64,000 bases of DNA from assembly GCA_963700635.1 (NCBI GenBank), contig CAVOYH010000003.1, positions 224,001-288,000 of the forward strand, given 5' to 3'. The translations under genes and the position numbers were made by a program. The DNA is from an uncultured Bacteroidota bacterium (GTDB taxonomy: Bacteria; Bacteroidota; Ignavibacteria; UBA10030; UBA6906). Below, piece after piece: positions 18,716 to 27,148 of the stretch. The notes beneath the pieces were generated by a model. The model worked only from the letters and a program-made list of their open reading frames with translations, ran no database searches and was not told the origin of the DNA. The number at the start of each line of letters is the position of its first letter. The first letter of the stretch is position 1.

Positions 18716-20260
18716 TTACTCCTCTGCTAGCCATACTTTTAACAGCCGTGAGCTTTCCGCGGGTTTTTCGTGCACGTACTGGATCAACCGCTTCCTCCGC
18801 TCGGCGCGCAAGAGCGCTTCGTCGGTCATCTCGTCTTCGGCGGGCGGTAATTCCATTGCCTGCCTTCTTTGCCGTAACCGGCCGGAAAGATCACCGTACT
18901 CGGATTCCACCGTGGTAATATCGATTCCCTTCCTCAGACGATTGAGCAGCGACCGCAACACCACAACCGCCCCGACCATGGCCAGGACAAGGAATATTTC
19001 TTCCAGGTAATCCGTCCAGTCTGAGAGAGGCGACGATTTGTACACAAACTCCTGCTCCGGAACATTCTGCCCGAAGGTGAGATTCGTTACTGATACCTCG
19101 TCATTCCTCAGTGCATCGTACCCTACCGCCTTACGCACAAGGTCTGTCAGTTGACGCATTTCCTCTTCGGAACGCGGAAGGATCTCGGTGACCTGTTGTC
19201 CTTCGCGCGTGACGCTCTTCGGAATACCATTCACGAGGGCGGCTACCGTAAGGCGACGGATCGTTCCCATATCCTCCACGATATGCTCAACCGTTTTGTT
19301 GATTTCGTAGTTGGTGACCGTGCTGGCGCGGGTGGAAGGAGGAACCGAATCGCCCGTTGAAGTTTTTTCCTCGTTGATCTGTTCGCTGCGAATTGCGGTC
19401 TTCTCCGGATCATACTGCTCCAGCGTCCGTTCTACCTGCCGGAAATCCAGGTTGGCGTTCACCTGCACCAGCGCATTGCCGGCGCCGACGACGCTTTCCA
19501 GCAGTTGCTGCGCCTTCTGACCCAGGTACGTTTCGACTTTCTGCTGCAACTCGTGCTGTGAAGACGTAAGCGCGGCGATGGAGTTGGATTTCTGGGCGTC
19601 GGAGAGCAGTTGTCCCTTGGAGTCCACGATGGTCACATTACCAGCTTCCATCCCTTCGATACTGCTCGACACCAGATGAGCGATACCCTGAACGGTTTCC
19701 CGGCGCAGGGGCTTTCCCGATCGCAGTTTCAGCACAACCGAGGCCGTTGCCGGTTTTTCATCTTCCTTAAACAGGACTCTCTCCGGGACCACGAGATGGA
19801 CTCTCGCCCCCTCGACCTCCTCGAGCGTGAGAATGGTCCGGGCAAGCTCGCCTTCCAGCGCGCGTCGGTAGTTCACTTTCTGCACAAAATCCGAAATCCC
19901 GAGATTGGTCCGGTCGAAGATTTCATAGCCAATGACGCTCGATTGCGGGAGTCCCTCACCGGCCAGTGCCAGGCGCAGCTCATAGACCTTCTGCTTAGGC
20001 ACAAGGATCGTTTTTCCCCCGTTTTCAAGAAGATACGGGGTGTCTTTCTCCTTGAGCTTATCCACTATCTTGGAGGCATCCTCAGGATTGAGGTTGGTGA
20101 ACAGGGTTGCATAACTGGGAGCATTGACCACGAAAACCAGCGCGACAATTCCAGCAATGGCACCAAATGTTATTACACCTATCAACAGTTTCTGCGTGCC
20201 GGTGAGTCTGGAGAAAACGGTCGCAAATTGTTGTTGAACAGTTGATCCGGTCGCTGCCAT
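18716..20260 (-). CDS. fliF: MS-ring protein FliF
   Basis: GYEIFD, RALEGELARTI, ARVHL and ASVVL motifs; two TM segments. Confidence 0.96.
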   Translation of the reverse strand: MAATGSTVQQQFATVFSRLTGTQKLLIGVITFGAIAGIVALVFVVNAPSYATLFTNLNPEDASKIVDKLKEKDTPYLLENGGKTILVPKQKVYELRLALAGEGLPQSSVIGYEIFDRTNLGISDFVQKVNYRRALEGELARTILTLEEVEGARVHLVVPERVLFKEDEKPATASVVLKLRSGKPLRRETVQGIAHLVSSSIEGMEAGNVTIVDSKGQLLSDAQKSNSIAALTSSQHELQQKVETYLGQKAQQLLESVVGAGNALVQVNANLDFRQVERTLEQYDPEKTAIRSEQINEEKTSTGDSVPPSTRASTVTNYEINKTVEHIVEDMGTIRRLTVAALVNGIPKSVTREGQQVTEILPRSEEEMRQLTDLVRKAVGYDALRNDEVSVTNLTFGQNVPEQEFVYKSSPLSDWTDYLEEIFLVLAMVGAVVVLRSLLNRLRKGIDITTVESEYGDLSGRLRQRRQAMELPPAEDEMTDEALLRAERRKRLIQYVHEKPAESSRLLKVWLAEE

Positions 20261-20263
20261 GGA

Positions 20264-20572
20264 TTACACCTGCATTCTCATGATTTCACGGTAAGCTTCG
20301 ATGGTCTTGTTGCGTATCTCCATGAGGAGATCAAAACTTGTTTTTGCCTTCTCGACGGCTATCATCACCTCATGGAGATCAACAGCTTCACCCACAACCA
20401 TCCTCTCCACCGCCTTGCCCGCTTCCGCCTGGAGACTGTTGACATCGGTGATTGCACGTTGAAGTGTATCGCCAAACGATGCGTTTGTTTCTTTGAGCGT
20501 TTTGTCGATGAGGCCGTTCTTGTTGACCTGACCGACGTTTGGCATGAGGGTCAGCGCTTGCCCGATTTTCAT
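20264..20572 (-). CDS. fliE: Hook-basal body protein FliE
   Basis: LHEVMIA.EKA......EIRNK..EAYREIMRMQV motif. Confidence 0.96.
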   Translation of the reverse strand: MKIGQALTLMPNVGQVNKNGLIDKTLKETNASFGDTLQRAITDVNSLQAEAGKAVERMVVGEAVDLHEVMIAVEKAKTSFDLLMEIRNKTIEAYREIMRMQV

Positions 20573-20575
20573 CTC

Positions 20576-20857
20576 CTACACCCTCCGATCGACTATCGTG
20601 CCCGATCGCATCTGTGAACGTGCTCCCCCGTCCGTATACGCCGGCCGTCCCCTGCTGTCAGTCTGGGGATCAGGAAACAGATTTTCGAAATACCGTTGTT
20701 CCTCGACACTCAGAACCGGATGCCGTTGCGGACCCACAGACTTTTCTTCGCGCAACGGGGCGGGTTCTTCTGGAATACCAGCGTTCCGACGCTGGTTCTG
20801 GGCAGGCGCTCCGGTGGTCAGGGGCGGGGTATAAATTGCGCGCACGTCCATAATCAA
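20576..20857 (-). CDS. Hypothetical protein between flgC and fliE
   Basis: Overlaps the flgC stop by 4 bp and fills the gap to fliE; LSVEEQRYFENLFP and GTIVDRRV segments. Confidence 0.65.
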   Translation of the reverse strand: MIMDVRAIYTPPLTTGAPAQNQRRNAGIPEEPAPLREEKSVGPQRHPVLSVEEQRYFENLFPDPQTDSRGRPAYTDGGARSQMRSGTIVDRRV

Positions 20858-21351
20858 ATCTCCAGTGAGTCTTTCGCCATATTCTTGGCGGCATTCACGG
20901 CAACAACATTGGCTTCAAAGGCCCGTGAAGCCGAGATCATATTCACCATTTCGGTCACGATGTTGATGTTCGGCATTGCGACGTATCCGTTTGCATCTGC
21001 ATCCGGGTTTCCGGGATCATACACCATTCGCGGGGGAGTGGTGTCTTCCGTTTCCGTGGCATCTACCACCGCCATTGTCGCCGGATCACTGCCCCATGCC
21101 GGGGCGGCGCCTCTGAGATGTCCTGCCTGCGTCGTTGCCAGAGGAGGAGACGACTGGCGCAACATGCCGGCGAACAATTGTGCTCCTTTTGCCTTGAGCT
21201 GCACAATCTTACGCATGTACGGCCCGCCCTTTTCGGTCCTGGTCGTGTCAGCATTCGCAAGGTTCTCAGCGATGGCATTCATGCGACGTCGTTGCGCGCC
21301 CAGACCGGCGGAGCTGATGTTCATGCCGCCAAACACCTGATCAAGTTTCAT
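20854..21351 (-). CDS. flgC: Proximal rod protein FlgC
   Basis: AENLANADTT..GGPY, YDP.NPDA..GYV.MPN and EMVNMISASRAFEAN motifs. Confidence 0.97.
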   Translation of the reverse strand: MKLDQVFGGMNISSAGLGAQRRRMNAIAENLANADTTRTEKGGPYMRKIVQLKAKGAQLFAGMLRQSSPPLATTQAGHLRGAAPAWGSDPATMAVVDATETEDTTPPRMVYDPGNPDADANGYVAMPNINIVTEMVNMISASRAFEANVVAVNAAKNMAKDSLEI

Positions 21352-21773
21352 TGGGTACCCCGAATACTTTTTTGAAGGCCGCGGAAGGTGTCGGATAAGA
21401 GCCGTGCAGAGAACTTGAAGCGGATCTGGTTTTTAGCGAGTTCCGCCATTTCCTGATCCAGGTCCACATTGTTCAACCCGCTCGCCATCGGATCTCCGCG
21501 AAGGTTCATGGCTGCGCCGGGCTGTTGGACTGCTGGCTGGACTGTCGCAATGGGGTTTTGTCCGATGGGCATGTGATGCTTGTTCGTCACAGATCCCGAG
21601 AGACCTGCGTTTCCCAACGCGCCGGAAAGTTGTTCTTCGAACGTAACAGCCTTTGCCTGGTACCCGGGGGTCGTGATATTCGCCAGGTTCGTGGCAATGG
21701 CTTTGTGGCGGAGAGTGTACGCATCAAGTGCCCTGCCGAGGACAGGAATTTTCGTCGCATCAAAGAGTTTCAC
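21348..21773 (-). CDS. flgB: Proximal rod protein FlgB
   Basis: IATNLANITTPGY and NNVDLDQEMAELAKNQ motifs. Confidence 0.96.
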   Translation of the reverse strand: MKLFDATKIPVLGRALDAYTLRHKAIATNLANITTPGYQAKAVTFEEQLSGALGNAGLSGSVTNKHHMPIGQNPIATVQPAVQQPGAAMNLRGDPMASGLNNVDLDQEMAELAKNQIRFKFSARLLSDTFRGLQKSIRGTQ

Positions 21774-21962
21774 AAGTTTCCCACACGGAGTAGTATGCCG
21801 CCATTTCGCTTTTCGGTCGTTACACGCGTCCTGCGCTCCACTGTTCCGGCCCTTACCTCCGTGTTCGGCCTTCCAGCTCGGGCACCTCCATCACGCCAGA
21901 TCATCCCGGGGAGTGGATCCTGCACACTCCGGGATACCCCTTCTGGAGGGGAACCACCGGCC

Positions 21963-22136
21963 TCAGACTCCAAGCCCTTCTTCCCAGCCGTCGTAGTGAT
22001 CCTGCAGTTTCTGTACAGGAAGGCTCTTCTTATTAGATACCATTGCGTAGGCCGCTACGATCGTAGCAAAGACTCCGGCAAGAAAGGCGATACTGCCAAC
22101 ACCCAGGCTGAGTCCGTTGGTTTGATTGGTGATCAT
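21963..22136 (-). CDS. Small single-TM protein (57 aa), first gene behind the flgB-operon sigma54 promoter
   Basis: ATG at 22136 with an AAGAGG RBS; MITNQTNGLSLGVGSIAFLAGVFATIVAAYAMVSNKK...; C-terminal part of track ORF 21963..22553. Confidence 0.55.
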   Translation of the reverse strand: MITNQTNGLSLGVGSIAFLAGVFATIVAAYAMVSNKKSLPVQKLQDHYDGWEEGLGV

Positions 22137-22183
22137 GGTAAAACCTCTTGGTGTTAGATTTCGTGCGTAGCTCTCTTCCCGTA

Positions 22184-22200
22184 TATCAAGAGCGGTGCCA
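22184..22200 (-). promoter_or_regulatory. Putative sigma54 promoter of the flgB operon
   Basis: Minus strand TGGCACCGCTCTTGATA; -12 reads TTGA, as at the fliL promoter. Confidence 0.7.
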
Positions 22201-22273
22201 ACCTCTTTACCGGCAATTAGAGCCCCGCTTGGTGGAACTCCACCAGTGTCGCCAAATGAGACCGGGTGAAGGT

Positions 22274-22287
22274 GGCCAATAATGGCC
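22274..22287. promoter_or_regulatory. Palindromic upstream activator site (putative bEBP enhancer)
   Basis: GGCCAATAATGGCC, 74 bp upstream of the -24 TGGCAC; spacing identical to the fliL promoter. Confidence 0.65.
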
Positions 22288-22296
22288 AGGTGTTGG

Positions 22297-22560
22297 CTAT
22301 TCCTCGTCATATTCAAAGCGTAAGCTCGTAGAACGCCCACATTTACACACAAAATCAATGGAAACCAGATTATCCCCGTCCCGATGCACGAAGACCTCGG
22401 GCTGATCAGGGTCCTGCTCGGCCCGATGAACCTCTTCGGTTCCCCGGTGAACAATGTGCATCCCCTTGATAATGTTGGCCTGGGGTTGCACGTTGGGCAT
22501 TGCCAGTTTCCTGTACTCTGAGAGATCCGTAAATCCTTCCTGGTTCTTTGCACTGTCCAT
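22297..22560 (-). CDS. Small hypothetical protein with a CxCG motif
   Basis: 87 aa; C-terminal beta-rich segment PEVFVHRDGDNLVSIDFVCKCGRSTSLRFEY; last gene of the signalling operon. Confidence 0.65.
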   Translation of the reverse strand: MDSAKNQEGFTDLSEYRKLAMPNVQPQANIIKGMHIVHRGTEEVHRAEQDPDQPEVFVHRDGDNLVSIDFVCKCGRSTSLRFEYDEE

Positions 22561-22565
22561 CGGAA

Positions 22566-23228
22566 CTACCGCTCCTTTTTACCATCTGTCCATATCATGA
22601 TGAGGTCCACCCTGAGTCCGCCCCGCCGCGTGCTTCTGGTTATTTCTCCCCCGAGGAAATACGCTTTCCCCTTCAGGGCGGCAAGCTGTGGCTGGACAAT
22701 GGAAGCATAGCAGTCCGGGCATATCCCGTGGGAAAACTGCGCAACAGACCGCTTCGTGATGTAACTTTCCACTGGTTCCCAGCGGCTCTCTCCTGCCCGA
22801 ATCTGCTTGCACTTCGGACAGATGGGGAGCAATCCCTCCAGTTGCCGGACTTCACGCTGGAGGTGAACGACGCGTTCTGCCACGCGCAACCGCAGATTCA
22901 ACTCGATCATGTCCGCTGGTTTGGTTACAAAGTCATCGGCCCCTGCATTCATCCCCTCCGTGTATCCGGTTTTTCTGTCCAGGGCTGTGAGAATAATGAC
23001 ATAGGTGTAGTCAGGATGCCCCACTTCACGGATTTTCCTGCACAACGATGGCCCGTCCATACGCGGCATCATCCAATCCGTAATAACGACAGGAGGATGG
23101 AGTTCATGGAATCGTTGATACCCCTCATCTCCGTCTTCCGCTTCTGTCACGTCATGTCCGAGTTTGACGAGTTGTGCCGCAAGAACCTGTCGGGTGACGG
23201 AGTCATCTTCTACCACAAGGATCTTCAC
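22566..23228 (-). CDS. Response regulator: REC plus C-terminal Cys4 (LLPICxxC...HGICPxC) domain
   Basis: ILVVEDD, TDWMMP and KP receiver motifs, then [15 protein letters not shown]...WEPVESYI...FSHGICPDC. Confidence 0.88.
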   Translation of the reverse strand: MKILVVEDDSVTRQVLAAQLVKLGHDVTEAEDGDEGYQRFHELHPPVVITDWMMPRMDGPSLCRKIREVGHPDYTYVIILTALDRKTGYTEGMNAGADDFVTKPADMIELNLRLRVAERVVHLQREVRQLEGLLPICPKCKQIRAGESRWEPVESYITKRSVAQFSHGICPDCYASIVQPQLAALKGKAYFLGGEITRSTRRGGLRVDLIMIWTDGKKER

Positions 23229-25414
23229 GTACGATTCTCACAGGGTAAATAGATTTCGTGCAATTCCTCTTTCACCTTTTGGAATTCTTCTTCCAGCTCG
23301 TGAACCACGGATTCTGTCCCGGCGAGCTTTTTGTCGTGCCCCGCCACCTGAAGGGTCTGACAGAGTGACATCATGACCATGGCGCCGAGATTCCCGCTGA
23401 TACCCTTCAGCGAATGCGCCGAAGCGAAGAACTTGTCGGTATCGCCAATTTCAAGTGCGTGCCAGAGTGATATAATTCGTTCGGGTGCATCCTCCAGGAA
23501 GGACCGGAGAATACGTTCAAACATCCCCTGATCGTGGCGTACGCCCAGGTCACGTAAGTGATCCAGACGGGTATGGTCCAGGCGAACGGGGCGTGTCTGT
23601 TCCACATCAACCGATGGTGGTGCGCAGAGATCGGGCTGCAGCGTGGCCCACTTGCGCAGCTTGGCCGCCAGTTCACCAAGCATCACAGGTTTTGGAAGAA
23701 AATCATCCATGCCTGCTGCCAGGCAACGTTCCTTTTCCCCCTGCAGGACATTGGCCGTCATGGCGATTATTGTCCGGTGTTTCTGGCTTCCCTCTGTCCG
23801 CCGGATGATGCGGGTAGCCTCAAATCCGTCCATCACCGGCATATGACAGTCCATCAGAATGATATCGTACTCTTGCGCGGCGAGAGCCTGGAGGACATCA
23901 TTCCCTTGCGTAACAATATCGGTTTTGCACCCGAGCTTCCCGAGCATGATACTCGCCACGAGGCGGTTTGCCTCGTTGTCTTCTGCCACGAGCACGCGCA
24001 GGCCCTGAAGCCCGCCGGGTTGCACATCGGTATGCTGTTGTGCCGGGGTAGCCGAAAGTGCAGAGGGAACGGCGATACCAAGGACGACCGTGAACCAGAA
24101 TGTGCTCCCTTTTCCGGCAGTACTCTCCACGCCTATCTCTCCACGCATCATCTCGACGAGTTGACGTGAGATTGCAAGGCCGAGCCCCGTTCCGCCATAC
24201 TTGCGCGTTGCGGAGCCATCGACCTGCGAAAAAGACTGAAACAGTGCGCGCTGCTGATCCGCTGAGATGCCTATGCCGGTATCCTGCACGGCACAGCGAA
24301 CCGTCACGGTCTCACCGGACCTGTGCTCCTGCGTAACACGTACGGTAACATCCCCCGCATCAGTAAATTTTACTGCATTCCCGATCAGGTTTGTGAGAAT
24401 TTGGGTCAGCCGTATGGCATCCCCCGAGACTGCGGGAGGAAGCACGGGGTCGATCGCCACATCCAGGGTGAGTCGTTTTTCAGCCGCCCGCTGCAAAAAC
24501 AGGTGTACGGATTGTTCCACAGTCGAACGCAGATCGAAGGGACGTTTTTCGAGAGTCAGTTTACCCGCTTCGATTTTGGAGAAATCCAGGATATCGTTGA
24601 TTACCGTCAGCAAGGCGCTGCTGCTGCCCTGAACGATACCGACGTATTTTCGCTGTTCGGTGTCGAGGGAAGTGTTTTTCAGGAGATCGATAAGCCCGAT
24701 AATACCGTTCAGCGGCGTCCGTATTTCGTGGCTCATATTTGCCAGGAACTGCCGTTTTGCCACATTGGCGACGTTTGCCTGTTCAAGAGCCACCTGCAAT
24801 TCGCGTGTCCGCTCCTGTATTGCCTGTTCCAACGTCATATTGTAGTCCCGGATCTTCCGGTACAAGGAGGCATTCTCCAGCGCGTTTGCGCAGGTGAAAA
24901 GCAGAATAGAAAGCAGGTTCAGCGGAACGTCTGTAATGAGCTGGTCATTGTTCGGAAGCTCTCCGATGAACATTCCGACCACGCGCGACCGTGTTGACAG
25001 GCCGTGCAGCACAACCGAAGTACTGGTTGTCCGGGCCGGCACGACGAGTGCCCGGTTCTGGTTGATTGCCCATGCAAAGGTTCCCCCTTCGATTTGCTGG
25101 TCGATCTCTTCCTGCATACGATCCCGCTCGTTGGGCGGGTCACAGTCGGTCAGCGTCAGGTTGCCATCTTCGGCATCGTCAGTGAGAAACGCCGTCGTCT
25201 TAAAGGGCAGAATCCTGTGCACATTGGTCCTCGTAGCAGTGAGGATGGCCTGTGCATCACGATCAGCGTTAAGGCTGGTCTGAAAATCACCGAGTGATGC
25301 AACAAAGTCGAGCGCATCAAGGACCCGGTGATTCACATCCTCCAGGTGCCGGACTCTGCTTTCCGCCTGCCGGAGATGTTCGATAATATCTGAGAGCTCT
25401 GTCATGTCAGGCAT
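23225..25414 (-). CDS. Hybrid histidine kinase (GAF-like, HisKA, HATPase, REC, Hpt)
   Basis: [21 protein letters not shown] and GGTGLGL kinase motifs; REC MDCHMP; Hpt AHSLKG. Confidence 0.93.
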   Translation of the reverse strand: MPDMTELSDIIEHLRQAESRVRHLEDVNHRVLDALDFVASLGDFQTSLNADRDAQAILTATRTNVHRILPFKTTAFLTDDAEDGNLTLTDCDPPNERDRMQEEIDQQIEGGTFAWAINQNRALVVPARTTSTSVVLHGLSTRSRVVGMFIGELPNNDQLITDVPLNLLSILLFTCANALENASLYRKIRDYNMTLEQAIQERTRELQVALEQANVANVAKRQFLANMSHEIRTPLNGIIGLIDLLKNTSLDTEQRKYVGIVQGSSSALLTVINDILDFSKIEAGKLTLEKRPFDLRSTVEQSVHLFLQRAAEKRLTLDVAIDPVLPPAVSGDAIRLTQILTNLIGNAVKFTDAGDVTVRVTQEHRSGETVTVRCAVQDTGIGISADQQRALFQSFSQVDGSATRKYGGTGLGLAISRQLVEMMRGEIGVESTAGKGSTFWFTVVLGIAVPSALSATPAQQHTDVQPGGLQGLRVLVAEDNEANRLVASIMLGKLGCKTDIVTQGNDVLQALAAQEYDIILMDCHMPVMDGFEATRIIRRTEGSQKHRTIIAMTANVLQGEKERCLAAGMDDFLPKPVMLGELAAKLRKWATLQPDLCAPPSVDVEQTRPVRLDHTRLDHLRDLGVRHDQGMFERILRSFLEDAPERIISLWHALEIGDTDKFFASAHSLKGISGNLGAMVMMSLCQTLQVAGHDKKLAGTESVVHELEEEFQKVKEELHEIYLPCENRT

Positions 25415-26258
25415 CCGTCAGCATGGTTTGTAATGCATCCTGATATTGGAGGTCAATTTGATCTTCGACGCTGGAGAGCACGCTCGGCGACAGGTTCAGC
25501 CGATTCCACGCTTCCGGATCCAGGGGCGGCACAAACGTCTCTCCGCTGCTCCCCAGTCCCATCGAATGAACGATGATATCTGCGACGTGCACCATCGCGG
25601 CTTCCACCGGGAAGCGGGTCGCCGCCATGGGGCTGTGGTGGTACATAACAGCCTCCTCAAGACTGGTGGGCAGTTTCCAGGTCTGAAGCAGTACGCCGCC
25701 GACTACGGCATGCGTGAATCCGAGGCGTTCGCGTTCAACTTCATGGAGAATCTGATTTTCGGTCCTTGCCGTTGTCAGAATATCGCGCGACGGCTCCGTC
25801 AGTTTTGTGTACATCACCAGCCGCCCGATGTCGTGTAACATGCCGGCCACAAAAAACCGTTCGGCATTCGATTCCCGGCGATGTGTTCCCAGGAGGCGTG
25901 CCGCCAGGCCACAGGCAATGCTGTGCCGCCAGAAAGAATCCATACTCACAAGATCTTCCGGGAGACCCTTGAACATTTTCATCACCGAGGTCGCGAGAGC
26001 AAGCGCGCTCAGCTGCTGAGTTCCGACGATGGTCACCGCCTGTGAAATGGTCTCGACCTTCGAAGGAAAATTGTAAAAGGCGCTATTCACGATCCGGAGC
26101 AGACGTGCGGTGAGTCCGGGGTCTTCGCGGATGATCTTGGCGATGTCCGACATGGACTTCTTCGGGTTATTGATCGCCTCTTCCAGTCTCAGGTGAATCA
26201 TGGGGAGGGACGAGACTTCGACGTACCCTCGCAACAGGTCGCGCGGCGTGCTATCCAT
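25407..26258 (-). CDS. HDOD domain protein
   Basis: [37 protein letters not shown]...WKLP and YHH motifs. Likely start MDST at 26258. Confidence 0.9.
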   Translation of the reverse strand: MDSTPRDLLRGYVEVSSLPMIHLRLEEAINNPKKSMSDIAKIIREDPGLTARLLRIVNSAFYNFPSKVETISQAVTIVGTQQLSALALATSVMKMFKGLPEDLVSMDSFWRHSIACGLAARLLGTHRRESNAERFFVAGMLHDIGRLVMYTKLTEPSRDILTTARTENQILHEVERERLGFTHAVVGGVLLQTWKLPTSLEEAVMYHHSPMAATRFPVEAAMVHVADIIVHSMGLGSSGETFVPPLDPEAWNRLNLSPSVLSSVEDQIDLQYQDALQTMLTDA

Positions 26259-26598
26259 GCTGATCCCCCTTCGTCTCTTGCACGCGCCGCATCGTGGCAA
26301 GCCGTGCCAGTTCTTTCAGGCCGGGATGCGTTGTTCCCGCGTGCCGGAACAGGGCGAGTGTGGCCCGCTCGGCCTCCTGGTACATCGCGGGATCCACTTC
26401 CGCCATATCCTGAACCACCATGTCTTCCTGAGCGGCTCCCTCGATGTCCGCATCTGTTACACCCCACATCTTGAAGATTTTGAGGTGCTTGTCCGAAATC
26501 ACCTGCCCGGCCACCAGAAGCACACGGTTATTCCGGTCTTTGACTTCACCTGCGAGCACCATGCCCGGCCGGATATCACTGATACTGATTAGTCCCAT
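26251..26598 (-). CDS. Small protein resembling the N-terminal beta-domain of HD-GYP proteins (putative HDOD partner)
   Basis: MGLISISDIRPGMVLAGEV.D.N.RVLL.AG..I...HL..FK.WGV; overlaps the HDOD start. Likely start 26598. Confidence 0.7.
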   Translation of the reverse strand: MGLISISDIRPGMVLAGEVKDRNNRVLLVAGQVISDKHLKIFKMWGVTDADIEGAAQEDMVVQDMAEVDPAMYQEAERATLALFRHAGTTHPGLKELARLATMRRVQETKGDQHG

Positions 26599-26617
26599 GG
26601 GGTATTGTCCTTTTCTG

Positions 26618-27148
26618 TCACGTCGTTTTACAATTTGGGCAGAGCGTAGGAGAGAACGACGCGTCTGTCTTTTCGCCGACAAAATCTTCGAGCGAGTGCC
26701 AGTGATCTCCTTCATCCCGTATTCGTTTACAGTATGCGCAAATGGGCAAAAGGCCTTCAAGGCGGTTTCGTTCATGCTGGAGACTGAGAATACGTTCAGC
26801 GACACGAAGGCGGATCCGGAGTCCATCCGCCTCCAACGGCTTTATCACAAAATCATCCGCGCCGGCTTCCATCCCTTCCAGAAAATTATTCCGCCCGCTG
26901 AGCGCCGTTAACAGAATCACGTAGGTGTACAGATTGGAGTCCGCCTTCCGGATCCGTCGGGTTAATTCAATCCCGTTCACTTCCGGCATCATCCAATCTG
27001 TAATGACGAGCCGGGGATGGTCCCTTTTGTACGCCTGCCATGCATCACGGCCGTTTTCCGCCGTCAGGACTTCATGTCCCATTTTTCTGATGCGGACTGC
27101 CAGCACATAGCTGGAGACGGGATCGTCTTCTGCAATAAGGACCTTCAT
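26618..27148 (-). CDS. Response regulator: REC plus C-terminal Cys4 domain
   Basis: VLIAEDD, TDWMMP, KP, then [16 protein letters not shown]...W..LE.F...FSPTLCPNC. Paralogue of 22566..23228. Confidence 0.88.
   Translation of the reverse strand: MKVLIAEDDPVSSYVLAVRIRKMGHEVLTAENGRDAWQAYKRDHPRLVITDWMMPEVNGIELTRRIRKADSNLYTYVILLTALSGRNNFLEGMEAGADDFVIKPLEADGLRIRLRVAERILSLQHERNRLEGLLPICAYCKRIRDEGDHWHSLEDFVGEKTDASFSPTLCPNCKTT

Noticed and set aside
2640-20260. Interpretation of the export genes as a non-flagellar type III injectisome
   Set aside because: Rod, hook, hook cap, FliK, C-ring, FlhF/FlhG, FliA and flagellins are all present, so the system is flagellar.
21770-21973. 67-aa minus-strand ORF just upstream of flgB
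   Set aside because: Low-complexity Arg/Gly-rich translation with no family features. The region is better explained as a structured leader, although a real ORF cannot be excluded.
22137-22553. N-terminal 139 aa of track ORF 21963..22553
   Set aside because: It overlaps the 22297..22560 gene in another frame and runs across the promoter and enhancer. Only the part from ATG 22136 has an RBS.
22566-22680. Possible frameshift in the C-terminal tail of the REC-Cys4 protein (short G-run, tail longer than in its paralogue)
   Set aside because: The ORF is open and ends 5 bp before the next gene; there is no direct evidence of disruption.
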